A stretch of 64,000 nt of DNA from Octopus vulgaris (lineage: Eukaryota). Position numbers and translations under genes: made by a program. The stretch lies in NCBI GenBank assembly GCA_951406725.2, contig OX597826.1:56482001-56546000 (forward strand), written 5' to 3'. Shown here piece after piece: positions 1-13,245 of the stretch (the first letter of the stretch is position 1; each line of letters begins with the position of its first letter). The notes below the pieces were generated by a model that saw only the letters and a list, made by a program, of their open reading frames with translations, was not told the DNA's origin and made no database searches.

Positions 1-470
1 GTGATAATGTTTTTGGTGGTGGTGGTGGTGGTGATGGTGGTAGTGGTGGTGGTAGCAGTGATGTTATTGTCGCTAGTGATAATTTGGTGATGATGATGGT
101 TGGTGCTGTTTTTGTTGTTGTTGTTGTTGGTGGTGGTGGTATTGTTGGGGTGCTGCTGTTAATAATAATGCCTTCATTGTCATTGCTGTTGTTGTTGTTG
201 TTGTTGTAGCAGTTATTGTTAACATGATTGATTCTGCTGACGCTGCTGTTGTTGATGGTGTTATTATCATTATCATTATTATTGTGGCTGTTGTTATTGC
301 TGATGTTGTTGTTGTTGTTTAATGTTACTCAATTACTTCAATGTAATTCTTTAATAGTCTTCAGTAGTGACTGCTGCTGCTGTTTTTGTTGTGGTTGTTG
401 TGGTTGCCATGCTGGTTGTTATGAATTTATTGTTGTTTTTTTGTGGTTTATTAGTGTTGAGCTTTTGTGC

Positions 471-507
<37 letters not shown>

Positions 508-530
508 ATCATTTATTCTTTTTACTATTG
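1..530. repeat. Degenerate (GTT/GGT/GCT)n trinucleotide microsatellite
   Basis: Runs of GGT, GTT and GCT triplets are directly visible; overlapping ORFs are homopolymeric. Confidence 0.9.
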
Positions 531-589
531 ATTAATGTTTGCAGTTCTGGTTGTAGTAATAACTGTCGTCGTCGTCATTGTTGCTGCTC

Positions 590-1030
590 GTGATGACGGC
601 GATGATGCTGATGAGGATGATGATGAACATGACGATGATGATGATGATGATGATAATGATGATAATGATGATAATGATGATGATAATGATCATGACGATG
701 ACGATGACGATGATAATGATGATGATAATAATAATGATGATAATGACGATGATGATGATGATGAAAACTATGATGATGATGATGACGATGACGATGATAA
801 TGATCATGATGATGACGATGATGATGATAATGATGATGATAATAATAATGATGATAATGACGATGATAATGATGATGAAAACTATGATGAAGGTGATGAT
901 GATGATGTTGATGATGATGATGAAGTTAATGAACATGACGATGATGATGATGATAATGATGATGATAATAATAATGAGGATAATGACGATGATGATGATG
1001 AAAACTATGATGACGGTGATGATGATGATG

Positions 1031-1077
<47 letters not shown>

Positions 1078-1280
1078 AATGACGATGATAATGATGATGA
1101 CGATGATGATGACGATGATAATGACGATGATGATGATGAAAACTATGATGACAGTGATGATGAAGATGACGGTGAGAATGATGATGATGATGTTACTGCT
1201 GCTGCTGCTGAGCATGATGATGATGTTGATGATGGGGGTTGTGGTGGGGGGGGGGGTAGTGGTGGTGATGATGATGATGC
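590..1280. repeat. (GAT)n cryptic microsatellite with ~115-140 bp higher-order duplication
   Basis: GAT/GAC/AAT triplets; the marker GAAAACTATGATGA recurs near 763, 877, 1000 and 1138. Confidence 0.85.
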
Positions 1281-1544
1281 CATTGTTGAACTTTTATTAA
1301 TAATGTCTGCAAAAATTATCTTGCTAATATGAACATTGGTTGAACAAATCACCTTCACCCGTCCCCCAATTTTTCCCCAACCCTTTCCCCTCGTCGTTTC
1401 CATTCTCTTCTGCGTCTGTCTTTCCTCATTTTCCTCTTCCCATCACCTCTCTCTCTCTCTTTCTCTCTTTCTCTCTCTGTCTTTTCTTCATGTCTGTCCT
1501 ATATAATAACTTGAATATCACTACCAAGGAAATCAAATGAGTGA

Positions 1545-2430
1545 AGCTGTGATGGTAGAAAGGTGATGGTTATGGTGGTTGTAGTGATGGTGTTAGTTGT
1601 GATTGTGGTTGTGGTGGTGGCGGTGGTGGTGGTGATGGTGGTAGTGGTGGTGGTAGTAGTTGTGATGGTGGTAGTAGTTATGATGGTAGTGGTGTGGTGT
1701 TATTGTTGTTTGTGGTGGTAGTGGTAGTTATAATGGTGATGGTGGTAGTGACAATGGTGCTAGTGGTGGTGGTGATAGTAATGGTGGTTGGTGGTGGTGG
1801 GTCGTGGAGGTGGTGGTGGTCGTCATCGTCATAGTTGTTGTTATTGTCTTTGTTGTGGTAAAATCAAGGCTGCAAATTAGAGTGGTAAGAGGTATGGCAG
1901 TGGTAAGGTGGTACAAGTAAAGTGGTTGAAGGGGGAGGGAGGGAAGTAGTGGTGGGGGTGGCAATAGTCCTTGTTATTGCAGTGGTGGTGGTGGTGGTGG
2001 TGGTGCTGGTGGTAGTTGGGAGATGACTGTAGTGGTTATAGTTACTGGGGTGGGATGGCAGAGCAGGGGTCTGTGTGGATGGAGATGGAAGTGGTTGGGT
2101 GATATTTGTGGTGGTGGTGGTGGTAGTGATGGTTGTGGCTGTAGTAGTAGCAGCAGTGGGGCTTACTGGGGGTAGGGGTAGAGTGGGGATGATGGGGTAG
2201 GGAAGGAGCCTTTGGGTGATGTTTGTGGTGGTAGTGGTAGTGGTAGTGGTGTTATTATGGCAGTCATTGGTTAATGGTTGTGGTGGTGGTGGTATTGGTG
2301 GAGGTGGTGCAGCTGGTGCTAGTGACGATGGTAATGGCAGTGGTGGTGGTAGTGGTGATAGTGATGGTGATGGTGATGGTGGTGATGGTGCTGGTGATGT
2401 TAGGGGTGATGTTAGGTGGAGGCTGGGTGA
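1545..2430. repeat. Degenerate (GGT/GTA)n G-rich low-complexity tract
   Basis: GGT-dominated triplets with several G-runs. Confidence 0.85.
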
Positions 2431-2689
2431 CTGATTGCGGTATCTGCTGATGCTGCCATAAGAAATGAAAAAGAAAAAGAAAAATAGAAAAAAAAAAAAG
2501 AAGTAGAAGAAAAAGGTCATAGTTCTCTAAGATTAGTTTGAGTTTGTCTTAATTTTAATTAGCATACTTTAATTAGCATACTGAAAATATAATGATGTAA
2601 TTATTGCTTGTTTCCATTTCTTTCAGACACACAGCTGGACAAATCAATAAATTCTTGTACAATTGCCTAAAAGGCCAACAGTTCAAACC

Positions 2690-3830
2690 ATGATGCTGGT
2701 ACCACAATGATTTACAAATAACTACACTTTTGCTAGTCTAGTCTACTTAGCTGTAACTAGGTTCCATCATAAGGTATACACTCTCCCTAACACTAAATGT
2801 GTCTAGGTAAGCTTGACCTCTCACCTTTTACAAATGATTTTGTTTATATTGACCAAGTACACAATGAGGTGGTCTCCCTAATATTAAGTAGGTACTGTGA
2901 TGAGGTATACACTCTCTTTAACACTGAATATATACCTTATCAAGGTAAGCTTGACCTCTCACCTTTTACAAATGATTTTGTTTATATTGACCAAGTACAC
3001 AATGAGGTGGTCTCCCTAATATTAAGTAGGTACTGTGATGAGGTATACACTCTCTTTAACACTGAATATATACCTTATCAAGGTAAGCTTGACCTCTCAC
3101 CTTTTACAAATGATTTTGTTTATATTGACCAAGTACACAATGAGGTGGTCTCCCTAATATTAAGTAGGTACTGTGATGAGGTATACACTCTCTTTAACAC
3201 TGAATATATACCTTATCAAGGTAAGCTTGGCTTCTCACCTTTTACTAATAACTTCATTTATACTGACCAAGTCTATGTAGCTGTAACTAGGTACCACAAT
3301 AAGGTAGTCTCTCTAACATTAAATAGGTAACATACCAAAGTAACAAGGTACCATGATAAGGTATACACTCTCCCTAATACTGAATGTGTACCTTATCTAG
3401 GTAAGCTTGGCCTTTCAACTTTTACAAGTGACTTTGTTTATATTGACTAAGTCTACGTAGCTGTAACTAGGTACAGTCTGCCTAACACTAAATAGGTACC
3501 ATACCAAAGTAAATAGGTACCATGATACGGTATACAATCTCCTTCAAACAAGTTAGGTACTATATCAAGGTCAGATTTACCTCCTATGTTTTACAAATTG
3601 CTTCTCTTATACTGACTCAGTCCACCTAGTTGTAAGAAGGCACCCTGATAAAGTATAGTCTTCCTTACTCAAAATAGGTATTGTATCAAGGTCAGTTTTT
3701 TTCTTTCATCCTTTAGAAATAACTTCACTTTCATTGGCTCAGTCAACCTAGCTATAAATAGGTACCGTGGTAAGGTAAAGTCTTCCTCATACTAAATTGG
3801 TACCATATTAAGGAAAGCCCTGATTCTCAT
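2690..3830. repeat. Minisatellite: three essentially identical 138-bp units embedded in older diverged units
   Basis: AGGTAAGCTT starts at 2805, 2943, 3081 and 3219 (period 138), then 3399. Diverged relatives (TAGCTGTAACTAGGTAC-like motif) flank both sides. Confidence 0.92.
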
Positions 3831-4184
3831 TCTGAAGTTGATAAATGCATCACCAGTGTAAGGTGTGAGAAACTGACAGAAACATTAGACTTTCAGAAAG
3901 GATATTCTTTAAATTCTGAGTTTAAGCCTACCATGGTCTACACAGGTAAGGAACCTTATCTGTTGTCTAGTTTAACAACTTCCATCATTTGGTACCATGA
4001 GTGATTTTAGCAGAGTCCATTCTGTTGCAAGCATAAGGACACCTCCCCCCTCCACCAGCCTTAAAGACATCGTAAAGACATTGAATGTTGTTCTTTCTAT
4101 CTCTAAGATAAAAAAACAAAACACCTAGTCTCTTTGACATACAGTAATAAGTGCTATATAGACATACAATAATAAATATATATT

Positions 4185-4921
4185 CTTTTATTCTTTTATT
4201 TGTTTCAACCATTTGACTGCAGCCATGCTGGAGCACCACCTTTAGTCAAGCGAATTGACCCCAGGACTTATTCTTTGTAAGCCTAGTACTTATCCTACCA
4301 GTCTCTTATGCCGAACCACTAAGTTACTGGGATGTAAACACACCAGCATCAGTTGTCAAGGGATGGTGGAGGGACAAACACAGACACAAAAACACACACA
4401 TATATATATATATGTGAAGGCGCATGGCTCAGTGGTTAGAGCGTCGAGCTTACGATCGTGAGGTTGTGAGTTCGAATCCCGGACCGGGCTGCGTGTTGTG
4501 TTCTTGAGCAAGGCACTTTATTTCACGTTGCTCCAGTTCACTCAGCTGTAGAAATGAGTTGCGACGTCACTGGTGCCAAGCTGTATCGACCTTTGTCTTT
4601 CCCTTGGATAACACTGGTGGCGTGGAGAGGGGAGGCTGGTATGCATGGGCGACTGCTGGTCTTCCATAAACAACCTTGTCCAGACTTGTGTCTAGGAGAG
4701 TAACTTTCTAGGTGCAATCCCATGGTCATTCATGACTGAAGGGGGTCTAAAAAAAAAAAAAATATATATATATGTATGACGGGCTTCTTTTAGATTCCAT
4801 CTACCAAATTCACTCACAAGGCCCAACGCTATAGTAGAAAATACATGCTTAAGATGGCATGCAGTGAGACTGAATCCAGAACAATGTGGCTGGTAGGCAA
4901 GCTACTTATCACACAGCCACT

Positions 4922-4924
<3 letters not shown>
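4185..4924 (-). mobile_element. tRNA-derived SINE family A (internal TA/CA microsatellite), split by a younger SINE at 4414-4762
   Basis: Both halves match the uninterrupted copies at 16240-16635, 32025-32426 and 41345-41740. Confidence 0.85.
4414..4762 (+). mobile_element. tRNA-headed CORE-like SINE family B with poly(A) tail
   Basis: A box TGGCTCAGTGG (4425-4435) and B box GTTCGAATCC (4470-4479). Segment 4497-4558 resembles the MIR/CORE domain. Poly(A) at 4749-4762; ATATATATATATGT on both sides (probable TSD). Homologues at 61988-62336 and 62581-62924. Confidence 0.88.
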
Positions 4925-5001
<77 letters not shown>

Positions 5002-5779
5002 TATATAAATCTGTGTTTGTGAGTGTGTAGGTGTGTGTTTTAGTATGTATGTGTATACCTTTTAACTTTAATAAAATCAATAAAATAGCATTTTATTGAA
5101 GCTCAAATGACTTCTCAAACTGTTGCACAGTTTCATGTAAATGATCATCAGACAGTCACATCCATAAACACACACAAATAATTTGAAAACAAGTGGAGGT
5201 TGGCAGTGGATTGTGTATCTAGCCATAGAATGCTGTTTCAAGAAGTTTCCATTAATCCATATATACCAGTTCAAATAAGGTAACCAAAAAAATAGCAATA
5301 ATAATAGTACACACACACACACACAAATATTTTTCCTTAACTGTTCTTGTTTATCAATAAATGAATTAAAACAAGAGGGAAAAAAATCTGCTCAAAAGTG
5401 AAAACAAACAATTGTCAGCAAGTTCAACAGAGGTTTGAACCTAGAGATCAGGTGGAGAAGGGAGTGGTGTAAATAGTTATTGTGAGAAAACTGTTCATTG
5501 AATGAACCCAAAGACGATGGCAAGCATAGAGGGAACAATTGGATGTAATAACAAAGGAGAGCAGGGGTCAGTCAGAGGAAGTGGGGAAACGGCTCTTCTG
5601 TCAGTCTATGGACCAGCAAATACATCAATGTCTGGGTCAGCAGTTCTAGTGTCTCATGGATCAGTACACGGATTGCTTGATCGATCAGGAAATGGATTGT
5701 TCGATCAATCGGTGACTGAGTGTCCAGTCTAATTTCCTGTTTGTCACTTCATTATTTTCAGTTTATTGAACAGGCTTCA

Positions 5780-6026
5780 AATATACACAAACATACATAT
5801 ATACACTTACATATATATATATACTTATATATACACACATATATAAATATATGTAACTTAATATATTTATCTATGTATATATATGCGTGCGTGTGTTTAT
5901 ATATGTGTGTGTAAAGATGCATGCATGCATACATAAGTTTGTTTACCAACACATAATAAAACTTATATTGGCATTCTTCATAATCTGTTTTAGATTTTAG
6001 TTTTCATTCCTTTCCTTTAATTTAAT

Positions 6027-6074
<48 letters not shown>

Positions 6075-6311
6075 CATACATATATATGTGAATAAGTATA
6101 AGTATATATATACATATATAAATACACATATATATACTTACAAAAAAATATATATATGTATAAATATGTATATATATATATATAGGTATATATATGTACA
6201 TATATATATCTATATATGTATACATTTATATATATATGTATATATATATATATTTAATTTATATATATATATATATATGTATATATATGTATATATATAT
6301 ATGTATGTATC

Positions 6312-6353
<42 letters not shown>

Positions 6354-6656
6354 CACGTAGATATTTACATACATATATCAATATGAAATGAAGGTATATA
6401 CATTTATACGAAGATATATAAAAATATGTTTTCATAAAGATATATAAATATAAATAATATATCAATAAACAAAGATATTAGAGATTATTTTTTATTTATA
6501 TTTTAATCCATTTATCAGAAACTTTATCTATAATAAACAAATAATAAACAGAAATATACCGTTATTCAGAGATGCTTTACTTGTTGGTAGTATAATAGCA
6601 TATATATGAATGTGTATATGTATATGTGTGTGTATGAATAAAGATAGCTAGCTAGC

Positions 6657-6704
<48 letters not shown>

Positions 6705-6720
6705 CATAGAGACAAACAGA
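5780..6720. repeat. (TA)n/(TATG)n/(GATA)n microsatellite complex
   Basis: Directly visible di- and tetranucleotide runs. Confidence 0.9.
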
Positions 6721-6726
6721 AATGTA

Positions 6727-6960
6727 AGGGTGCTTGCTGGCAGAAATGTTAGCACGCTGAGCAAAATGCTTAGCGGTATTTCATCTGCCATGACATTCTG
6801 AGTTCAAATTCCGCCGAGGTTAACTTTGCCTTTCATCCTTTCGGGATCGATAAATTAAGTAACAGTTATGCACTGGGGTCGATGTAATAAACTTAATCCC
6901 TTTGTTTGTGCTTGTTTGTTCGCCTCTATGTTTATTGTGGGCAATAAAGAAATAAGAAAT
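6727..6960 (+). mobile_element. SINE family D (GAGCTGGCAGAA...GAGTTCAAATTCC head, AAAGAAATAAGAAA tail)
   Basis: B-box-like GAGTTCAAATTCC; the same sequence recurs at 14265, 30975, 43373(-), 52365, 55173(-), 57522 and 58775. Confidence 0.82.
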
Positions 6961-7155
6961 GTAGTTGTATACATCTGTATGTGTATATGTGTGTGTGTGT
7001 GCATGCATATGTGTGTAAGGCTGTGTGGTAGCCACATGTCTCCTCAATTGTAACAGGGTTCCCTCTATCCCTTTTTCATGCTCTAATTTCTCAGTTCCAC
7101 TCCTTCTAGCTGGGAGGCCCTTGTCATTTGATCCTACTCGGTAAAAGGGGAGAGT

Positions 7156-7225
7156 TTTTTGACATGTCAAGCATAGCACTTCATCAGAAAAGAAAAACGG
7201 AAAAGTCCAGAGAAAGAAAAATATT
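7156..7225 (-). other. Degenerate copy of the minimal-hammerhead repeat family seen at 35485-35690
   Basis: Minus strand reads TTTCTCTGGACTTTTCC...TTTT-CTGATGA-AGTGCTATGCTTGACATGTC-AAAA, alignable with 35529-35588. Confidence 0.5.
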
Positions 7226-7285
7226 ACCAACAACACTTCAAAATGTAGCTTTTTATTTTCAAGCATTTCATTATACTAGCTGTAT

Positions 7286-7323
<38 letters not shown>

Positions 7324-7325
7324 TT

Positions 7326-7365
<40 letters not shown>

Positions 7366-7983
7366 CACTTAACATCCATGATGTTCCATGCTGGCATAGG
7401 CAGGATGGTTTTATAGGAGCTGATGGATCCAAGGACTGCATCAAGGACTGGTGTCTACTTGGGGATGGTTTCTACAGCTTGATGCCCTTCTTAACACCAG
7501 AGTGTATAGGGTGCTTTTTCTAATCTTTTTCTTTTTTTGTGGCACCAGCACTAGGGCCATCCCCATACAGCCTACAAGACTACAAACCCTAAGAGGATGG
7601 AGATGTGGGCTTTACACTAGGTATATGAGAGAAGGGGCCAGAACAAAACAAGCTTCTTGCTGTACGGGAGCAACAAGACTACACACATTTTAGAAGAGAG
7701 CCTGTAGCTATATACTATTATAGATATCATGGTTGTGGTGAGCTGAGAGAACCATTAGCACAAGAGGCAAAATGTTCAGCAGTGTTTCATCCAACAAGGT
7801 CAACTCTGTCTTTCCTCCTTTCAGGGTTGATAAAATAAGTACCAGTTACACTCTGAGGACAATGTAATCGACTAGCCTTCTCCCCCAAAATGTCAGGTCT
7901 TGTGCCTGTAGTGGAAAGGATCGCTATAATTATCACTTTGCGTGTGTGTATGTGTGTAGTTGGGGGGGGCATGTGTGTGTATA

Positions 7984-8515
7984 TAGTTAAGTCAAGTTAA
8001 TTTTTTGGCTCAAAAAGCAAAAAGCAAGGCCATGTAGGGGGACATGGAGTTATGTACAGGGAGGGTGTTCATGCAAAGAGTTCAGGCCATTTCTGGTCAA
8101 GAGAGACTTTGAACTGAGCGGTCGTTAGCATCTTCACTATCTTGTCCGGCAGCTTATTCCACGGATCCGCAACCCGGATGGAGAAAGCCCCTCTCCTTCG
8201 ATTGAGATGAAATCGTCGCAGATAGAGCTTTTTGGAGTGACCCCACAGCCGACGCTCTGCAGCAGGAGTGAAGAACAGCTCTTTCGGGAGATTACACTTT
8301 CCGCTTATGATGTTGTGAGCGAGAATGAGATCACCACGGCGTCAGCGTTTTTCTAGAGAATAAAGGTTGAGCGTCTTCAGCCTTTCTTCATAAGACAAAT
8401 GCTTGAGACCAAGAACCATGCGGGTAGCCAGCTTCTGGACTCTTTCAAGATGATGTATCTCTTTGAGGAGATAAGGAGAAAAGGCTTGAATCTCGTGCTC
8501 CAATATGGGTCTCGT
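7984..8515 (-). mobile_element. 5'-truncated CR1-like LINE 3' end (ORF2 C-terminus, 3' UTR, short repeat tail)
   Basis: Translation RPILEHEIQAFSPYLLKEIHHLERVQKLATRMVLGLKHLSYEERLKTLNLYSLEKR*RRGDLILAHNII...FSIRVADPWNKLP is typical of the CR1-clade post-RT region. It has an in-frame stop and a TTAACT-type tail. Confidence 0.88.
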
Positions 8516-8693
8516 GCATGTGTATGTAAGTGTGTATGTGTGTGCTTGTGTGCATGTGTGGTTGTGCATGTGTGTGTGTAGGGGGTTGTGTATGTGTGTG
8601 TACATACTTGTGTGCATGTGTGTATGCATGTGTGCATGCATGTGCTTGTCTGTGTGTGTATGCATGTGTGCATGTGTGTGTCTGTGTATGTGT

Positions 8694-8815
8694 AATTGGA
8701 ACCCAGAATATAAAGAACGACAAGATATGTTACCAGGGAATTCTGTCCAGCACGACATCAATTCTGTTAGCTTGCTAAATTTGCGAAAAATAATGATGAT
8801 GATTGATGTTAAAGG

Positions 8816-8847
<32 letters not shown>

Positions 8848-8872
8848 AAGAGGATGTTAAAGATGATGATGT

Positions 8873-8903
<31 letters not shown>

Positions 8904-9080
8904 AATGATGATGATGAGGATGATGATGAAGACGATGATGGTGATGATGATGATGATGCTCAAGACAACAATGATGATGATGATGATGGTAGTGATGATG
9001 ATGAAAATGATGCTGAAGGCGTTGGTGATGATGGAAATCATGATGAACATGAAGATGGTAACGATGATGACGATGATGAC

Positions 9081-9154
<74 letters not shown>

Positions 9155-9286
9155 GGATAATGATGATTATGATGATGATGAAGATGATGATGAAGATGAT
9201 GATGGTGATGATGATGATGATGATGTTGATGATGAGGATAATGATGAAGATGATGAGGATGATGATGATGAAAAGGATGCTGAAGG
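8694..9286 (+). repeat. Left arm of an inverted duplication (partner ~11420-12056)
   Basis: Unique ~120 bp (AATTGGAACCCAGAAT...GCGAAAAATAATG) plus the patterned GAT tract are the reverse complement of the partner. Confidence 0.9.
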
Positions 9287-9479
9287 TGGATTGGCAGTAT
9301 GGTTAGAATATCAGAGAAAATGCATTGCAGTATTTTTTTTTTTTGTTTCTGGTTCCAAGTATTGTGAGTTCAAATTCTGATGAGGTCAACACAATAAAAC
9401 ACCAGTCAAGTACCGGAGCCAATACTTCGGGCTGCTTCCCTCATCACAAATTTCTGCTTTTGTACATATGCTAGAAACA

Positions 9480-9817
9480 ATAAGGTATGTGTTTCTGTGT
9501 ATTTCTCACTGTGTGTCTCTGTGTTTTTGCATGTGTGTGTACGTGTGTGTGCATATGTTTGAGTGTGTGTATGTGTGTGTGTGTGTCATTGATTTTGTTT
9601 TTCCTCATTCTATCAATATTTTGAGGCAACTAGACACACACACTCACACACATACATACACACATAAATACACATATACATTACATAAGTGCGTGTGCAT
9701 GTGTCTATGCATATATATATAGAAACATATATATGTGTATGTGTGTGTGCATGTGTCTATGCATATATAGAAACATATATGTGTATGTATGTGTGTGTGT
9801 GTATATATGTATTATAT

Positions 9818-9870
<53 letters not shown>

Positions 9871-10504
9871 CATACACACACACACACACATACACGCACA
9901 CATATATATATATATATATTTATATATGTTTGTGTGTGTGTATATATATATATAATTATATATATACACATACACAAACATATACATATGTACACATATC
10001 CATTTACATATATTTATACATATATTTTATATATATATATAAGTATATGGATATATAAAATATGTACATAATATATATATATATATACATTTATATTCAT
10101 ATATATATATACACACACATACATATATATATATATATACACACACATACATATATATATACACACACATACATATATATATATATATGCACATACACAT
10201 ACTCACACATATATATACATACATGTATTATGTCTGTTATTAATCAATAACATAGTCATTCAACCATTTGTTAACCTATTTTTTCCTTCTTTTAGGAGGG
10301 TGGGCCATATTCATATATTTATTTCTTTATTTATTGGTTTCTTCTCATTTGGTTGGTGTACTGCAAAATACTTTCTGTAGAACATGTTGCTATAGATATG
10401 TTGTGAATAGAATTTCATATTATATATATATATATACACATGCTGAAGTACATAAACATAAGCATATATAGCTATACATTCCTACATACATAAATGTGTG
10501 TATA

Positions 10505-10538
<34 letters not shown>

Positions 10539-10877
10539 AAGAGAGAGAGACAGAGAGACAGAGACACAGAGAGATGTATATACATATATACACACATGTA
10601 TGCACATGTGTGTATAAATGTATTCATGCATATATATATACTTATGTATGTATGTATGTAGTTATGTATATGCATACATGTCTATGCATACATGTATATG
10701 CATATATGTATATATACATACATACATATATATATATATGTGTGTATGTGTGTGTGTGTGTATGTATATATGTATATATATATACACACAAACGCACACA
10801 CACACATTTATATTATATATATATATATATATACACACCCATGTATATATATAAATATATGTATATATGTATACATA

Positions 10878-10921
<44 letters not shown>

Positions 10922-10957
10922 TGATATACATGTGTATGTATATATATAAATATTACG

Positions 10958-10988
<31 letters not shown>

Positions 10989-11140
10989 ATATATACGTGT
11001 GTGTGTGTGAGAGTGTGTGTATATATATACATAAATATATATGTATATATATATATAGATAGATATAGATATAGATATATATAAACATATATATATATTC
11101 ATATATATAAATACATATATAATATTTAATATGTGCGTGT
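9480..11140. repeat. (TA)n/(CA)n/(TG)n microsatellite field
   Basis: Directly visible, with a short unique island at ~10230-10420. Confidence 0.9.
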
Positions 11141-11419
11141 AGTGATGGGAGATGGCATAGAGGAAGTGGAGCAAAGGTCGTAGGGAGTACAGGGGTGGGA
11201 GTGACAGATAATTCCATTCTCCAAAAAAGAACAAATTCTTCTGAGACTGACTAACCTTATTCATTCGCTTTTATAAAATTTCCTGTTGTTGTACTCATCA
11301 CCAATATCAGTCATTTTCGTTATTTTGTTTCTTTTTTTTTCAATATTGTCATAATTGTAATAATTTTTATTATTGTTATGAATGCGGTTATTACTATTGT
11401 CCTTGTTATTGTTTTCTGT

Positions 11420-11525
11420 TGTCATCATCATCATCATCATCATCCTCATCCTCATCATCATCATCATCATTGCCATCGTCATGTTCACCATCATTTTCAT
11501 CATCACCAACGCCTTCAGCATCATT

Positions 11526-11563
<38 letters not shown>

Positions 11564-11762
11564 TATCTTCATCATCTTCATCATCATCATCATCATCATC
11601 ACCATCATCATGTTCATCATGATTTTCATCATCACCAACGCCATCAGCATCATTTTCATCATCATTATCACTACCAGCATCATCATCATCATCGTTGTAT
11701 TGAGCATCATCATCATCATCACCATCATCATCTTCATCATCATCCTCATCATCATCATTATC

Positions 11763-11817
<55 letters not shown>

Positions 11818-12056
11818 ACAACATCATCATCATCATCATCATCATCATCACCATCATCATCATCAACATCATCATCAACATCATCTTAAACATCATCTTA
11901 ATCATCATCATTATCATCATCATCATCATCATCACCTTCAACATCAATCATCATCATTATTTTTCGCAAATTTGGCAAGCTAACAGAATTGATGTTGTGC
12001 TGGACAGAATTCCCTGGTAACATATCTTGTCGTTCTTTATATTCTGGGTTCCAATT
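11420..12056 (-). repeat. Right arm of the inverted duplication; ends inside a family D SINE head
   Basis: Reverse complement of 8694-9286. It continues into CTGCCAAGGTCAGCTTTGCTCTTCATCCT, which is absent from the left arm. Confidence 0.9.
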
Positions 12057-12346
12057 CTGCCAAGGTCAGCTTTGCTCTTCATCCTACATAAACTGTGTAC
12101 AGTGCCTTGCTGTGCTATTCTCTATACGTAATATCCTTTCTTAGGTCTTGGTGTTTTGGTTATCTATTTGTCTGTATGATTTTTAACCATACCTAAGATA
12201 CCCATTATTATTGCAATTATTTGTCTTCAGGCCCCAAATTCAGGTTATCTCTATTTCTAGATCGGAGTGGTTGGCGTTAGGAAGGGCATGTACTGCCAGA
12301 TTGGGCCTGATGCAGCCTTCTTATTATTATTATTATTATGGTGATG

Positions 12347-12383
<37 letters not shown>

Positions 12384-12388
<5 letters not shown>

Positions 12389-12759
12389 CTGGCCTCAGCA
12401 AAGGCAGAGGTATTGTTTTCAATTGTGTTTGCTTCTTTGTTTGTCCGTGGACATGATATCTCAAGAACTGCTGGAGGGATTCAGATGAAACTTTTAGGGA
12501 TGTTTGGCCACGTGACTGGCACAGACTGATTAGATTTTGGAATTGATCCAGTACTGGACAAGGATTCTGGATTATTTTACCTGTTTTTTTTTTTTTTCAT
12601 TTTTGAGAGCATTCGGTTTCATTTTCAGTATTCTCGTTTGTGAGAGCAGTCAAGTTTATTTCAGATATTCTCATTTTAAAAATCATCTCTGGCTAATCAT
12701 TGAGAGGGAGTTGGTGTTGCCTTGGCAGAGGTTTTTGCACTCTCTGAGTGCTCTTGTTA
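12384..12759 (+). mobile_element. Non-autonomous Helentron/HINE (DINE-1-like) element
   Basis: GGCAGAGGT motif near both ends, GTTT-rich segment after the 5' motif, and a 3' hairpin GCACTC-TCT-GAGTGC close to the end; inserted in a TTA tract. Confidence 0.6.
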
Positions 12760-12889
12760 TTATTGTTATTTACTTTTAATTTGCATGTTTGATACAGTCA
12801 CTTGTTGAGTCACACCCAGCATCCTAAGGCAAGTGAAGGATAAGAGATATTACAGTATGACTGAAAGCTTGGAGAGGAGGAGTGGTAGG

Positions 12890-13245
12890 GTCAGTAGCGA
12901 AATATCTTTATGTTATGCAACATACATTTAAATTGAGTTTAAATTTAAATTGGGTTTCAATTAAACCCACTCAATTTAAATCTTTTGGATTTCTCTGAGA
13001 CATGGTTCTCCAGGGATGTTATCTAGATGTTTCTGACACCCCTTCTTTTATCATTCCTGGGGTATCAGTAACCAAATATCTTTATGTTATGCAACATACA
13101 TTTAAATTGAGTTTAAATTTAAATTGGGTTTAAATTAAATTAAACCCACTCAATTTAAATCTTTTGGATTTCTCTGAGACATGGTTCTCCAGGGATGTTA
13201 TCTAGATGTTTCTGACACCCCTTCTTTTATCATTCCTAGGGTATC
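12890..13245. repeat. Direct tandem duplication (~174 bp) of a LINE 3' end containing an AT-rich palindrome
   Basis: AATATCTTTATGTTATGCAAC starts at 12901 and 13075; internal ATTTAAATTGAGT...ACTCAATTTAAAT inverted repeat. Confidence 0.88.

Noticed and set aside
535-1332. Long Asp-rich ORF (and similar poly-D/M/I/H ORFs at 8803, 11378, 39514)
   Set aside because: Triplet microsatellites stay open in several frames at once; there is no domain, splice context or non-repetitive coding flank.
2158-2205. G-quadruplex-capable G-runs (also ~1233-1258 and 44121-44143)
   Set aside because: Expected by chance in G-rich low-complexity tracts; no functional context.
2797-3330. 177-aa ORF with three 46-aa repeats
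   Set aside because: It is open only because 138 is a multiple of 3; diverged flanking units do not maintain the frame.
4414-4490. tRNA gene (also 52652-52727 and 38870-38942)
   Set aside because: A and B boxes are present but there is no clean cloverleaf, and the heads continue into multi-copy SINE bodies.
5502-5732. 76-aa Ser/Gly-rich ORF in unique sequence
   Set aside because: In-frame stop immediately upstream, no good acceptor and no recognisable motif.
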